Notes: generated from the letters alone by a model not told the origin. Positions 38,888 to 49,674 are shown, numbered from the stretch's first letter. The stretch: DNA of 64,000 bases from an uncultured bacterium (GCA_903936565.1 CAIZVZ010000009.1:44840-108839), one strand, 5' to 3'. Made by a program: numbers and translations.

Positions 38888-40198
38888 ATGCCACAGGTAA
38901 AAACAGACGTAGAGACATTTGCAAGAATAAAAGTTGTTGGTGTTGGAGGTTCAGGAAAAAACGCAATCAACCACATGATCAACTCCAAAGTTAAGGGTGT
39001 TGATTTTCTTGCAATAAATACTGACGCACAAGATCTACATCACTCAATGGCAAAAAGGAAAATTCACATCGGAAAAAATCTTACTAAAGGATTGGGTGCC
39101 GGAATGAATCCAGAAGTTGGTCGACAAGCAGCAGAGGAAACAAAAGAAGAAATTCAAGAAGCACTAAAGAATTCTGACATGGTTTTTGTTGCTGGAGGAT
39201 TAGGTGGAGGAACAGGATCAGGTGCATCCCCTATCGTTGCAAAAATTTCTAAAGAAATGGGAGCTCTAACTGTTGGAGTCGTTACAAAGCCTTTTTCATT
39301 CGAAGGACAACAACGTATGCGCCTTGCAGAACACGCACTTGAAGAATTGAGTAAAGCAGTTGATGCTCTTGTTGTAATTCCAAACGACAAACTTCTAGCC
39401 GCAGTCACAAAAGACACAACAGCAAAGAACGCGTTTGCAATGTGTGATGAGGTCCTAAAGCAAGCCGTTGAAGGAATTTCAGAACTTATCACAACTCCTG
39501 GAACAGTTGGAAACATTGACTTTGCGGACATCCGAGCAGTCCTTGAGAATGCAGGTCCAGCCCTTATGGGAATTGGTTCAGCATCAGGTGAGAAGAGAGC
39601 AGAGGAAGCAGCTCGTGCAGCAATCAGCTCTCCCCTACTCGATGTTTCAATTCATGGCGCAAAGGGCGTACTATTCTCTATCGCAGGTAACGACGATTTA
39701 ACTATGTGGGAAATCCAAGAGGCAGCAAAGCTTATCACAGACTCAGTTGACCCTGATGCGAAGATTATCTTTGGAACAGTCAAGGATGAAAGACTAAAGA
39801 AAAATGAATTAAAGATTACAGTTATTGCTGCAAACTTCCCTGATAATAGTGCAATAAGAAAAACTATTTTCGATAGTATGTCATCAAGAAATTCTGCTCC
39901 AGTTTTTGGATCAAAAGAAACAATAGAGCGACCTGAGAGACCAGCTTCTTCAAATGTAGAAATAAACACGACAACTCCACAAAATGTTGAAGTTCAAGTT
40001 CAAACAAAGAGTGAGGAAAGCAAAGGTAAGATTCACAACACAATTCATACTCCATCTACAAACACTGCACATAGTACTCCAAAAACAATTGAGGAAACAA
40101 AGGAGGAGGAGAACCCAAATGCCCCACTACAAGGCGTTCAGGACGATGATGATGAATGGAATTCAATTCCAGCATTCCTAAGAAGAGCGAAGAAGTAG
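38888..40198 (+). CDS. ftsZ: Cell division protein FtsZ
   Basis: IKVVGVGG, GLGAG, GGGTGSG tubulin motif, NIDFAD, C-terminal IPAFLRR. Confidence 0.98.
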   Translation: MPQVKTDVETFARIKVVGVGGSGKNAINHMINSKVKGVDFLAINTDAQDLHHSMAKRKIHIGKNLTKGLGAGMNPEVGRQAAEETKEEIQEALKNSDMVFVAGGLGGGTGSGASPIVAKISKEMGALTVGVVTKPFSFEGQQRMRLAEHALEELSKAVDALVVIPNDKLLAAVTKDTTAKNAFAMCDEVLKQAVEGISELITTPGTVGNIDFADIRAVLENAGPALMGIGSASGEKRAEEAARAAISSPLLDVSIHGAKGVLFSIAGNDDLTMWEIQEAAKLITDSVDPDAKIIFGTVKDERLKKNELKITVIAANFPDNSAIRKTIFDSMSSRNSAPVFGSKETIERPERPASSNVEINTTTPQNVEVQVQTKSEESKGKIHNTIHTPSTNTAHSTPKTIEETKEEENPNAPLQGVQDDDDEWNSIPAFLRRAKK

Positions 40199-40215
40199 GC
40201 AATTTTTATGCGTAA

Positions 40216-40291
40216 AAATTGTGCCAAAATCAGCAGATTTTGGCCGTATTTGTAAACGTGCAAATTGTGCCAAAATCAGCAGATTTTGGCC
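40216..40291. repeat. Two 30-bp direct repeats, each a hairpin
   Basis: AAATTGTGCCAAAATCAGCAGATTTTGGCC at 40216-40245 and 40262-40291. Confidence 0.9.
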
Positions 40292-40361
40292 ATAGTGCAA
40301 ACGTTCAATTCTTCCAAACGATGATTTGGAAGAATCACCTACCGGGTGATATAATGATTCC

Positions 40362-41324
40362 ATGAAAACATACGATCTTCTAATAATTGGTGGCGGCCCA
40401 GCGGGAGTTGCGGCTGGCGTTTATGCGTCTCGTAAAAAATTACAAACTCTTTTGGTGACAGAAGATTTTGGTGGGCAAAGTGTTGTCTCAGAAGGAATAG
40501 AAAATTGGATTGGAACTATCAAAATCTCTGGTGCTGATTTAGCAAAGTCACTAGAAAACCATCTAAAGGCTTACGCTGGAGATGTTGTTGAAATAAAAAC
40601 TGGCAACAGAATTATCTCGATTGAAAAGCATACAGATTACACAGAAGTGAATCCCCTATTTATTTCCAAGATGAAAAGTTCATTTGGCGAAGAGATTACC
40701 GAGGTTATTTCAAAGACAGTTTTAATAACAACAGGAAGCGCCCATAGAAAACTTCCAGCAAAAGGTGCTGATACATTCGAACACAAAGGTCTTACATACT
40801 GCGCAACATGCGATGGCCCACTTTTTTCAGATACAGATGTTGTGGTTATCGGTGGAGGAAATGCAGCCCTCGAATCTGCCGCTCAACTTTCAGCGTATTG
40901 CAAAAGTGTAACAATAATTAATAGAAGTAAAACCTGGAGAGCTGATCCAATAACTGTAGAGAAGGTTTTAGCAAAACCAAACGTTAACCTAATTACACCA
41001 GCTGAAGTTGTGGAGGTTAAGGGTGAGCAATTTGTTAGTAGTTTATTATACAAGAACAGTGAGACAGGTGAGGAAAAGGAGCTGGCTGTGAATGGAATAT
41101 TTGTAGAAATTGGAATGATTCCCGCTACATCTTTTGCAAAAGACATTGTCAGCTTAAATGAATACAATAAGATAATTGTCGATCCAATGACCGAAAGAAC
41201 TGAAACAGCCGGTATTTGGGCCGCAGGTGACTGTACAAACGGTTTATATCACCAAAACAATATAGCTGTGGGTGACGCTGTAAAAGCTCTGGAGGACATA
41301 TACATGAGCTTAAGCAGGAGGTGA
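40362..41324 (+). CDS. trxB: Thioredoxin reductase (TrxB/AhpF-like)
   Basis: IIGGGPAG, YCATCDG, GGGNAA, AAGD. Confidence 0.88.
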   Translation: MKTYDLLIIGGGPAGVAAGVYASRKKLQTLLVTEDFGGQSVVSEGIENWIGTIKISGADLAKSLENHLKAYAGDVVEIKTGNRIISIEKHTDYTEVNPLFISKMKSSFGEEITEVISKTVLITTGSAHRKLPAKGADTFEHKGLTYCATCDGPLFSDTDVVVIGGGNAALESAAQLSAYCKSVTIINRSKTWRADPITVEKVLAKPNVNLITPAEVVEVKGEQFVSSLLYKNSETGEEKELAVNGIFVEIGMIPATSFAKDIVSLNEYNKIIVDPMTERTETAGIWAAGDCTNGLYHQNNIAVGDAVKALEDIYMSLSRR

Positions 41325-41377
41325 TTCAGCAGACGATTCAGCAGAATCGCCACATAGGCTCACCTACTGGGCAATAA

Positions 41378-41746
41378 CTATTTGAAATCCATAACACTCA
41401 AAAATATCAATTTACCTTCATTGATTTTACGTAAAACAACCTTAACCCTTAGACACTCTATATCGGCTGTTATACCCCAAAATTCTGCCTTTGTATCTCC
41501 CGCCATTGAGATCCTATATTCAATTTTGGAATTTTCATTTTCCAACACCAATTTACAATATTTCAATAATTCGAATCTCCTTCTTTGCCCAACAAAAGTT
41601 CTGTTATGACCCTCTTTTCTAACTAGATGGTTCAAACCATGTCTATTGAATACAACTTCCTCATCTAAAAGCACTCTGCATTTTACAGTTTTTATTTCAT
41701 AGTATTCTACTCTTTTTTTTAATATGTAGTCATCAAATTTATTCAT
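41378..41746 (-). CDS. Basic hypothetical protein, possibly a BECR-fold RNase
   Basis: VVFNRHGLNHLVRK...RRFELL...FWG...KVVLRK...FLSVM; fold is an inference. Confidence 0.55.
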   Translation of the reverse strand: MNKFDDYILKKRVEYYEIKTVKCRVLLDEEVVFNRHGLNHLVRKEGHNRTFVGQRRRFELLKYCKLVLENENSKIEYRISMAGDTKAEFWGITADIECLRVKVVLRKINEGKLIFLSVMDFK

Positions 41747-42019
41747 GTCCACTATCATACAAATAAACACATAAGGTAAAACCAAAGTTTTTCTAAAAAA
41801 GGTTTTGCAATAAACAGACACGCCATTGTCAATATTGATTTTTTAAAAAATAGGAGTAATATATAGTTTATAGCTTGTGAACCATTGGTTTTACCACCAA
41901 CATGATTCTTGTGGCATCGTAGCTGCAACAAGCATTACAAAATACCCCTACGGGGGTATTTTGTTTTACTGAAGTTAAACGAAAAACAATATGGATAAAT
42001 CCATATTGTTTTTACTTAG

Positions 42020-42093
42020 TGGGCGATACAGGGCTCGAACCTGTGACCTCAGACACGTCAAGTCTGCGCTCTAGCCAACTGAGCTAATCGCCC
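42020..42093 (-). tRNA. tRNA-Val(GAC)
   Basis: GGGCGAT/ATCGCCC acceptor stem, CAGAC-TTGACGT-GTCTG anticodon arm. Confidence 0.94.
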
Positions 42094-42172
42094 TTTATTT
42101 CCCGTCCTTACTACCCCAAGTTCTCCCCGCATACTGTTGCATAACAGCTATTAATACAATATCATATAAAGC

Positions 42173-42736
42173 ATGAGTGAATCAACCACCTACTGCGCCT
42201 CAACTACGGAACAGGGGCAAGTGATAGATTTCGAAGCTGGACAAAGATACACCACGACAGGAGGTAATGAATATGTCGTAGATTTTATAGCTAGAGAATC
42301 TGGAAATATTGTTGATCTTTTTGTCGTCTATAATAAGATATCAAAAGAACAAGACGGTGTTCAATCAAGATTTTTTTTAAAGAAAACAACCGACCTAAAA
42401 AGTGCGGACAGCTTTGACGAACAAACATCGACCGATACAGCGCTGGAAACTACAATGGGAGAATCTGAGGATCTCGATATATCTATTGGACAAAAATATC
42501 AGCATTTCAAGACAAATGATTTTTATATAATAAAAGCCATCGCTCATGACCCCGTAAAACCTAAAAATAGATTTGTTATTTATGAAGGTCAATATGATTC
42601 ACCTGATTTTGGACACAATCCAATTTGGGTCAGAGAAATTGGAGATTTTACAGGCATGAAAACTTTTGGAGAAAATGAATTGGACGAAAATGGACAACCA
42701 AAAGCACCAGTTAAGAGGTTTAAATTAATAGAATAA
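42173..42736 (+). CDS. DUF1653-like protein (one degenerate and one clear domain)
   Basis: GQKYQHFK..FY.I..IA, FVIY, IWVRE..DF, KRFKL; N-terminal half GQRYTT.GGNEY.V..IA..LFVVY. Confidence 0.7.
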   Translation: MSESTTYCASTTEQGQVIDFEAGQRYTTTGGNEYVVDFIARESGNIVDLFVVYNKISKEQDGVQSRFFLKKTTDLKSADSFDEQTSTDTALETTMGESEDLDISIGQKYQHFKTNDFYIIKAIAHDPVKPKNRFVIYEGQYDSPDFGHNPIWVREIGDFTGMKTFGENELDENGQPKAPVKRFKLIE

Positions 42737-42746
42737 TAAAACATTC

Positions 42747-43325
42747 ATGAATCATGAAATAGATGCATATAATCAAGAAAGGGAATTTCAACATCTAGCT
42801 GTTGAGGCTGTAAGAAAAAGAGTGGCCGAATTCACTTTTCAAATTGAAGAGCTAGACAGACAACAATCTGAAAACGGCTACGCAAACTTTAATCCAGAGG
42901 AAAATGCTGAAATGTTTGGTAGAAGTGACATTACATTACAACAATATTTTTACAATGAAATTAGTAATCTAAGGGCTGGAATGAGTATTATCAGTGATAA
43001 GGGCGTGGGAGAAAGGTTATTTTCAGAGATCAGTGCATTACTAATAAGGATTGATAAAGTTTTTAAACCAGAGGATTTTATAGTCGAGTATATTGGCATT
43101 ATAAGTGCAATACTAACAAACGTTGATAACATAGCTCACACACCAGGACAATCAAAACATATTCCAATTGCACTTACACAGGTGGGAAAAATGGTTTCCA
43201 TCTTTAACTCATTCATTGAAACAAGGAGTTTAGAAATCGATGACGATACCCGTGAAGAAATTATCGACATCAACAAGTTACTCATACACCATAAAATTCC
43301 TGAAATTATCACAACGCAAAACTAG
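42747..43325 (+). CDS. Hypothetical helical protein
   Basis: 192-aa ORF 10 nt after the previous gene. Confidence 0.6.
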   Translation: MNHEIDAYNQEREFQHLAVEAVRKRVAEFTFQIEELDRQQSENGYANFNPEENAEMFGRSDITLQQYFYNEISNLRAGMSIISDKGVGERLFSEISALLIRIDKVFKPEDFIVEYIGIISAILTNVDNIAHTPGQSKHIPIALTQVGKMVSIFNSFIETRSLEIDDDTREEIIDINKLLIHHKIPEIITTQN

Positions 43326-43360
43326 ATTATTTACAAATATATTTTAATTTATCACCAATG

Positions 43361-46300
43361 TTATCTCTGTGTCTTAGATTGATCAGTAACAGACATTCGA
43401 TAGGTTTGACTAACTTTCTTTGATGAATTTGCGACTTGAACCGAGAAAGAATAATCCCCTAATAATCTTGGCCATCCGCTGATACTAGCTTTGTTTGTTT
43501 CAGAGCTTGTACAAGTAGAGTTTAGAAGAGCTGTGCACACTATTGTTTCCTTATTAAGCAACAAACCTGGCGGCAATGCTCCGTCCAAAATAGTCCACGT
43601 TAGATTTGAAATGCTTGAACTTGCAAAACCTGTTGCGGTCAATATTTGCTGATAGAAAGGTCCATTAGTTACAGCATCAGGCAAAGTTATGGGGCTTATT
43701 GACATGTCTGTTGTGGATGAATTTGGGTTTGAAGATGAAGCTTGTAGTCTCAGCTTAGCCAAAAGGGCTCTTGTTGCTTGTCCAAAGTTTCCAGTTGCGG
43801 GAGTAATCTTGTTGGCCTTCTGGAATTTTATTAGTGCTTTTTTTGTTAAAGCCCCAAAATATGTTGACTCTTTTCCCACAGAGCCTGTGCCAGTAGGAGA
43901 TATTATAAAACCACTAGAGTTAAGAAGTATTTGAAGAGCCTTAACATCATTTCCTGTTGAACCAACATTCAAATTTCTGTTAGACAATGCAATGTTTTTT
44001 AGTGAGGTCACAAGCGAAGGCGAAGTTACGGCACCAGGTACTAAACTGTATACAGTGTTGGCCGATGACGATGCGATTGTATTTACCAAGTTTACTGGAG
44101 AGTACGAAGAACTTCCCCCGCTTCCTCCGCCGCCTCCCCCACCACCTCCTCCGCCGCCGCCACCAGCAATAGGTGGAGGTAGAGGGGCCTTAGGTAATAC
44201 AACGGCGTCAATTACATTTAATTCCACAGTATTACTGTCACCAGTTGTGGGATGATTAACACTTACAATATAATCTCCTGGTGGAACATTGGGGGTAAAT
44301 TGGATTACCTGCCCACCTCCTGTACTCACAGCTGTTATCGAAGTGGAACTACCCGTTGATCTATTGAACAAATTTACAGTGTTTCCTGAGTCGGCAAATC
44401 TAATACCCTGAAGAGAGATGGCCAAGTTAGATGGAGTAGAAGTAGCGGAGATTGAAGTAATAATTGGACAGACCTCACCAATAACAGCAATATCATTCGT
44501 GCTGTTATTTGATGAAAATCTTATAAAACTTTGATTTGGATATTTACCTAATGTAATTCCATAAAGTACGCCATGATACAAACCAGCAAACATAGACTTG
44601 GGGTTAGATGATGCGTTTACAGTAAACGTTGCAGTAGTATTTGCTGGAATAATATAGTAATCATTCGAGTCATCTGACGATGTAGCAATTGTACCTGTTG
44701 CTTGTTCATAATATTGACGTCCATATGTGCGCATTGAGGAACAACCCAAGTCTACTGGGCAACTTGAACTCGAATCAATAAATGAATTAAAACTATAAGT
44801 TTGCGAAATGAATTGGTCTTCACTACCCGCATCAACTGCAACATTAAATGTACTTATCAATTCACTTTCCCCATTAGCACCATCATAAGAAAGCGCTAAA
44901 GTGGATGAACCAACAATTGTCACTTGTGGAGGTTTTTGTACTGCAATGGCAACCGAACTTGTAGCAACACAACCGAAACATCCTGTTCGCTGATTATCGT
45001 GGAGTGTTGTAGTCCAATCCATAGCAGTACTATCGTATGCTGTTCCCAAATCAAGCGCAAACAACATTAATCTATTATCATTTCCAAAACCATAGTGAAA
45101 ATCTGAAGGTAGCTCCATTGCCTCCAGAACAATATCTGACTTTCCATCACCGTTAAAGTCATCGACAATCACAGGTGAACCCCAAAAATCTTCTATCGCC
45201 CCAAGGGTTGGTACTTCTATATTTCTTTCCAAAACACCAGCTTTATTTAATATCTGCACACCGGAATTATTACCATCAAAAAAGCGAGATCTATAGCTGA
45301 GAATAATTTGTGACTCTCCATTATTATTTACATCCCCTATTGCAATAGATTCTATATTAGGATTTGTAAACACATAGCCACTTTCGTCGTTTGAAAAAAT
45401 TGTATTCAATGAACCATCAAGTAACATTATTTTATTACTTTGTGATACCGCTCCATATGTATCTTTAAGCACAGCAACAATACCGGGAGTGCTTGTTCCT
45501 ATAAGTTTACCAATGGCTATTTGAGATGCAGAATATCCAAAAATCGGCGAGGATGATGCAACTATATTTCCTTCACTGTCTATAATATTGATGTAAGTAG
45601 TATAAGCATTAGGATTAGATGAATTAGCTTTAAATAGGTCTTTGTCTACAGTACTATACATAAATACCATTTCTGTATTTCCATCATTATGAAAATCTGC
45701 CACTGCAGGTAAAGCAATAGTAATTTGTTCATTTTTACCAGTACCATCATGCATGAGCACTTTATTCAATAGTTGATTATCAGAAGAATACGCATTTATA
45801 TATAATCTGGTATTATCAAAAACATCAAAGTACACTGGGTCCCTATCATAAACTCCGGTTACGACGACCATGTTTTGATTGGTAGTTGATCCATTGTTTA
45901 TATTTCTCAAGAAGGATGGGTGCTGCGCTGAAAATGCATGTGAACTAGTACCTTCAATTGCATCAGATACTACTAATGGGAAATTGCTCATTTTTTTCCC
46001 TTGAAAGTCATACCCGTGCAATCTAATCTTTTGATTAGTAGCATTGATTGATAGCCAATAGACCTCAGGAGTGCCGTCATAGTTTCTATCAAATATAGTA
46101 CTTGGTGAAAAAAAATCAGTCCTATCCTGTAAGATTGTTTTATGAACAACACCATCTAGATTTGTAATATAGGCTGATCCGATACTGTTCACGGTAGCCA
46201 TAAAGTTTTTCTTACCTACGGCGTCGTAATAAATTGCAGGCATTGGATCATCTGCAATTTCAGATCCATCACTTAATGACGAAAGAACAGTATGAGAACC

Positions 46301-48640
46301 ATCACTATTATAAAAATAAAACGTGTAAGGAGGCTCACAAACTCCAAGGGCGCAATTAGAGTAATACGGAACCACCATCCTTTTAGTGGACTGGTCACCG
46401 TCATCCCTAACAATACTTTGTACACCCCTTGGAAAACCTTCTAGCTGTTGGGGCCAATTATTTAGCAACTCCTTTAAAACAACAAACTGAAAAGGATCAC
46501 TTTTCTTCCAAACACCCTGAGATAGTACCTCCAGATAAAGTGAGTGTTTTCCATTTTGCAATATATTAAAATCAACAGAGCATGTCATTTGCACATCATA
46601 AACTGAACTACCACTACATAGAACCGTTCCTGTTACTGCATCATCTGCAAGTATCCTAAAATTAGTTCCTTCTGGGTATAAAATCCTAAATTTTATAGCT
46701 TGAGTGCTACCATTAACATAATTTAAATTATTTCCAACAGATTCAATCCATTCATTTTTTACATCCAACACAGCAACATCTTCACTCGTACTTCCATTTG
46801 TATTTTGGACACTTAGCTTAATCGTATAGTAGCCTTCATCGAGAGATTTTGTATCCAAGGAATAAAGTTTACCGTTTGTAACCTGCTGACTTGATGTTGA
46901 GATGACAGTAAATGAATTTCCAAAACTAGGTGGATAACCATTAGTGTACGAAAGGGTATAACTCGAAAAATTATCGAATGCTGTTGCGGTACCAACGATG
47001 TCCACAATTCCCTGCCCTATTGGCATCGCTGCCAAGTGAGAAACTGGTGGTCTAGAAATCCCCACAGACTGAAGTACATCAATTCTTCCATAACCCACAT
47101 TATTATAATTAGGAGAAATATACTTAGAGCCATTCATAATAGCCGCCTTAACCTCTGCTGGAGTCCAATTAGGATGTAATTGTAATATAAGTGCCGCTTC
47201 TCCAGCAACATGAGGAGTCGCCATTGAAGTTCCTGAAAGTGAGATATGATTTGCATCATTATTACATGCTGTATCTCCTTCTCCCGCAAAAGAAGTGCCC
47301 CAATGCGCCGCACAAATATTTACACCTGGAGCTGTTACATCCGGTTTTGCAAGAGACATTTGAGTTCCACTTGCATTGACCCAAATTACAGGGCCCCGGG
47401 CACTAAAAGAGGCAATGTTATCATCATTGTCAGTTGCTCCAACGGTAATTGCATTTCTGGCTGTACCCGGTGAATTAATTGTTCTAGAATTTGGTCCAGA
47501 GTTTCCAGCTGCAACAGTTACAACAACGCCATTAGCAACAGCATTATCTACTGCCTTTGACATATCATCATCGGGGTCACCAACCCCTCCAAGACTCAAT
47601 GACGCAATATCTAAGTGGTCCGAAACATCTCCATCATGATTAGGGTCAACAGCGGCCTCTATCCCAGCGATGATATTATCAGAAGTTCCCGAACCCGTAC
47701 TATTCAAAACCTTATATGCATATATTGTTGCCCCAGGAGCAACTCCCTTAAGTACACCGTTTCCAGCCGCAATAGAAGCTACATGCGTTCCATGTCCATC
47801 ATCATCCATTGGATCATTATCATTATTAACAAAGTCGTATCCACTAAATACCTTACAATCTACTGTTGTCGTTCCAACTTGTGTACCATAACAGCCCCCA
47901 AGATCAGGATGTAGATAGTCCACACCTGTATCAATTATTGCAATTGTTATACCACTACCTGTTATTGAAGTGCTCGCAACAGCCCCTGCCCAAACTTCTG
48001 GAGCATGGATTAGTGGAACAGAATTCATTAGCGACGCTTTTACAGTTTTAACTTTTTCAATACTTTTTACGTTAGAAAGCTTTTTAAGTTTTGCCAACTC
48101 ATCGCCATTAATGTTTAACACTACAGCATTCAAAACTGCATTAAATCTGTGTAATTTGTTTTTTGACGTTAGTGGATTATTCCTCGCAGCAACCGATGCT
48201 GGTAAGGTACTTAAAAATGAGCTTTGCTGATTTATTATTTTTGTCCTTTGATTTTGTAGTATAGTTCTTGTAGCTTGAGAGGCAAGCACCAGATTCCCTT
48301 TTGGATTTTTTAACCTCATGCTTTTTACAGTCGAGGAAATGGACGGCTCTTTAAGTTCTACAATGTATCTCTGAACCGAATTATCCTTCTCTGGAATGAA
48401 GTCGGCATTTTGAATTTTTAATCTTGGTAACGATGAATCCAATCCGCTTGTCAGAAGAGTGCTATTTAACCTTTTCAAGGCGTTACTTTGTCCTGTAGAC
48501 AGTGCGGATAAAGATTGCTGTATTTTAGATGGGGCTACCTGAGACTCACTTGCAAAAGTAGTGGTTGCAAAAACTATAGCTACCAAAAGACCGAATGTAG
48601 TAATTGAAACTAATGAGAAAAAATACTTACGCCTAGTCAT
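43361..48640 (-). CDS. Large secreted subtilisin-family (S8) protease with FG-GAP-like repeats, peptidoglycan-binding and Ig-like domains
   Basis: Triad IIDTG / HGTHVA / GTSMATPH; I9-type prodomain; DFHNDG, DVNNNG, DFNGDG repeats; GS.GNDVKALQ..FG.LT..AL.KFQ. Confidence 0.92.
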   Translation of the reverse strand: MTRRKYFFSLVSITTFGLLVAIVFATTTFASESQVAPSKIQQSLSALSTGQSNALKRLNSTLLTSGLDSSLPRLKIQNADFIPEKDNSVQRYIVELKEPSISSTVKSMRLKNPKGNLVLASQATRTILQNQRTKIINQQSSFLSTLPASVAARNNPLTSKNKLHRFNAVLNAVVLNINGDELAKLKKLSNVKSIEKVKTVKASLMNSVPLIHAPEVWAGAVASTSITGSGITIAIIDTGVDYLHPDLGGCYGTQVGTTTVDCKVFSGYDFVNNDNDPMDDDGHGTHVASIAAGNGVLKGVAPGATIYAYKVLNSTGSGTSDNIIAGIEAAVDPNHDGDVSDHLDIASLSLGGVGDPDDDMSKAVDNAVANGVVVTVAAGNSGPNSRTINSPGTARNAITVGATDNDDNIASFSARGPVIWVNASGTQMSLAKPDVTAPGVNICAAHWGTSFAGEGDTACNNDANHISLSGTSMATPHVAGEAALILQLHPNWTPAEVKAAIMNGSKYISPNYNNVGYGRIDVLQSVGISRPPVSHLAAMPIGQGIVDIVGTATAFDNFSSYTLSYTNGYPPSFGNSFTVISTSSQQVTNGKLYSLDTKSLDEGYYTIKLSVQNTNGSTSEDVAVLDVKNEWIESVGNNLNYVNGSTQAIKFRILYPEGTNFRILADDAVTGTVLCSGSSVYDVQMTCSVDFNILQNGKHSLYLEVLSQGVWKKSDPFQFVVLKELLNNWPQQLEGFPRGVQSIVRDDGDQSTKRMVVPYYSNCALGVCEPPYTFYFYNSDGSHTVLSSLSDGSEIADDPMPAIYYDAVGKKNFMATVNSIGSAYITNLDGVVHKTILQDRTDFFSPSTIFDRNYDGTPEVYWLSINATNQKIRLHGYDFQGKKMSNFPLVVSDAIEGTSSHAFSAQHPSFLRNINNGSTTNQNMVVVTGVYDRDPVYFDVFDNTRLYINAYSSDNQLLNKVLMHDGTGKNEQITIALPAVADFHNDGNTEMVFMYSTVDKDLFKANSSNPNAYTTYINIIDSEGNIVASSSPIFGYSASQIAIGKLIGTSTPGIVAVLKDTYGAVSQSNKIMLLDGSLNTIFSNDESGYVFTNPNIESIAIGDVNNNGESQIILSYRSRFFDGNNSGVQILNKAGVLERNIEVPTLGAIEDFWGSPVIVDDFNGDGKSDIVLEAMELPSDFHYGFGNDNRLMLFALDLGTAYDSTAMDWTTTLHDNQRTGCFGCVATSSVAIAVQKPPQVTIVGSSTLALSYDGANGESELISTFNVAVDAGSEDQFISQTYSFNSFIDSSSSCPVDLGCSSMRTYGRQYYEQATGTIATSSDDSNDYYIIPANTTATFTVNASSNPKSMFAGLYHGVLYGITLGKYPNQSFIRFSSNNSTNDIAVIGEVCPIITSISATSTPSNLAISLQGIRFADSGNTVNLFNRSTGSSTSITAVSTGGGQVIQFTPNVPPGDYIVSVNHPTTGDSNTVELNVIDAVVLPKAPLPPPIAGGGGGGGGGGGGGGSGGSSSYSPVNLVNTIASSSANTVYSLVPGAVTSPSLVTSLKNIALSNRNLNVGSTGNDVKALQILLNSSGFIISPTGTGSVGKESTYFGALTKKALIKFQKANKITPATGNFGQATRALLAKLRLQASSSNPNSSTTDMSISPITLPDAVTNGPFYQQILTATGFASSSISNLTWTILDGALPPGLLLNKETIVCTALLNSTCTSSETNKASISGWPRLLGDYSFSVQVANSSKKVSQTYRMSVTDQSKTQR

Positions 48641-48750
48641 TTATATATTATTACCTGTTATTATCATATATTGTATCAATTAACAGAAAAATTTCCTAAT
48701 GCAACCTAGACACCATTTCAACAAAGTGGCGAATATGCTATCTTATAGTA

Positions 48751-49674
48751 ATGAGTAAGATCTGGACCAGGTTTGGTATTTTTGTAATTTGCGCCTTTGC
48801 CTTAATTGGCTTTACTTTGACCTTCACATATATTGCCGTTAGGTTTGGTTGGACAAATACACCAGGAATCATAGATAATCAACACGACTATTTTAAGAAT
48901 CAAAAAGAGATACCGACAAACTCCGTAGCCACTACAGGTCCAGTATCATCGGAAATTGCAAAAATAAAAGATGCTGTGGAGACAACATTAACTGGTGCAG
49001 CATCAGCGACATCAACCACAACAAACAACGAAGCTTGGAAACAAAGCGATGAATGGAAGACATTAAAATCTGCAATTATCAAAGACAAGGAGTCCATAAA
49101 TAGAGCAGCTCTAGCAGCCAAGGTATCCCCTAGATTAATTGTATCAATACTCATTGTTGAACAGCTTCGTCTATTTCATTCCAATCGAGAAATTTTTAAA
49201 CAATTTTTTGCCCCACTTAGAGTTCTTGGCAATCAAAGTCAATTTTCATGGGGAGTTATGGGAATTAAGCAAGATACAGCTCGACAAATTGAAAATAATT
49301 TGAAAGATAAAAATTCACCATATTATCTTGGAACTGAGTTGGAACAAGCGCTTGATTTTCCAACAACAACGAATGTTGATTCTTTGAGATTTAATCGTTT
49401 AACAAATGATCAAGATCGTTATTACTCATATTTATATACCGGAGTAATGATAAAGGAAATTGAAATTCAGTGGCAAAGGGCAGGTTTTCCAATAAGTAAA
49501 CAGCCCGGCATCATAGCTACACTATTCAATATAGGTTTTAAAAATTCTAAGCCAAAAATGGATCCGCAAATTGGGGGCGCAGAAATTTACATAAATTCCA
49601 CATCCTATAGCTTTGGGGGTTTGGCTTTGAACTTCTATAATTCTAATGAATTGCTTGATGAATTTCCAAGGTAA
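48751..49674 (+). CDS. Membrane-anchored protein with possible lysozyme-like fold
   Basis: TM, then INRAA..VSPRLIVSILIVEQ, SWGVMGIK, ATLFNIG; fold is an inference. Confidence 0.55.
   Translation: MSKIWTRFGIFVICAFALIGFTLTFTYIAVRFGWTNTPGIIDNQHDYFKNQKEIPTNSVATTGPVSSEIAKIKDAVETTLTGAASATSTTTNNEAWKQSDEWKTLKSAIIKDKESINRAALAAKVSPRLIVSILIVEQLRLFHSNREIFKQFFAPLRVLGNQSQFSWGVMGIKQDTARQIENNLKDKNSPYYLGTELEQALDFPTTTNVDSLRFNRLTNDQDRYYSYLYTGVMIKEIEIQWQRAGFPISKQPGIIATLFNIGFKNSKPKMDPQIGGAEIYINSTSYSFGGLALNFYNSNELLDEFPR

Noticed and set aside
40216-40291. Possible mini-CRISPR array (two 30-bp palindromic repeats)
   Set aside because: Only two units, a 16-nt spacer that resembles the sequence after the second repeat, and no cas genes in the window.
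44110-44190. GC-rich triplet repeat
   Set aside because: Encodes the poly-Gly/Pro linker of the S8 protease; not an independent repeat element.
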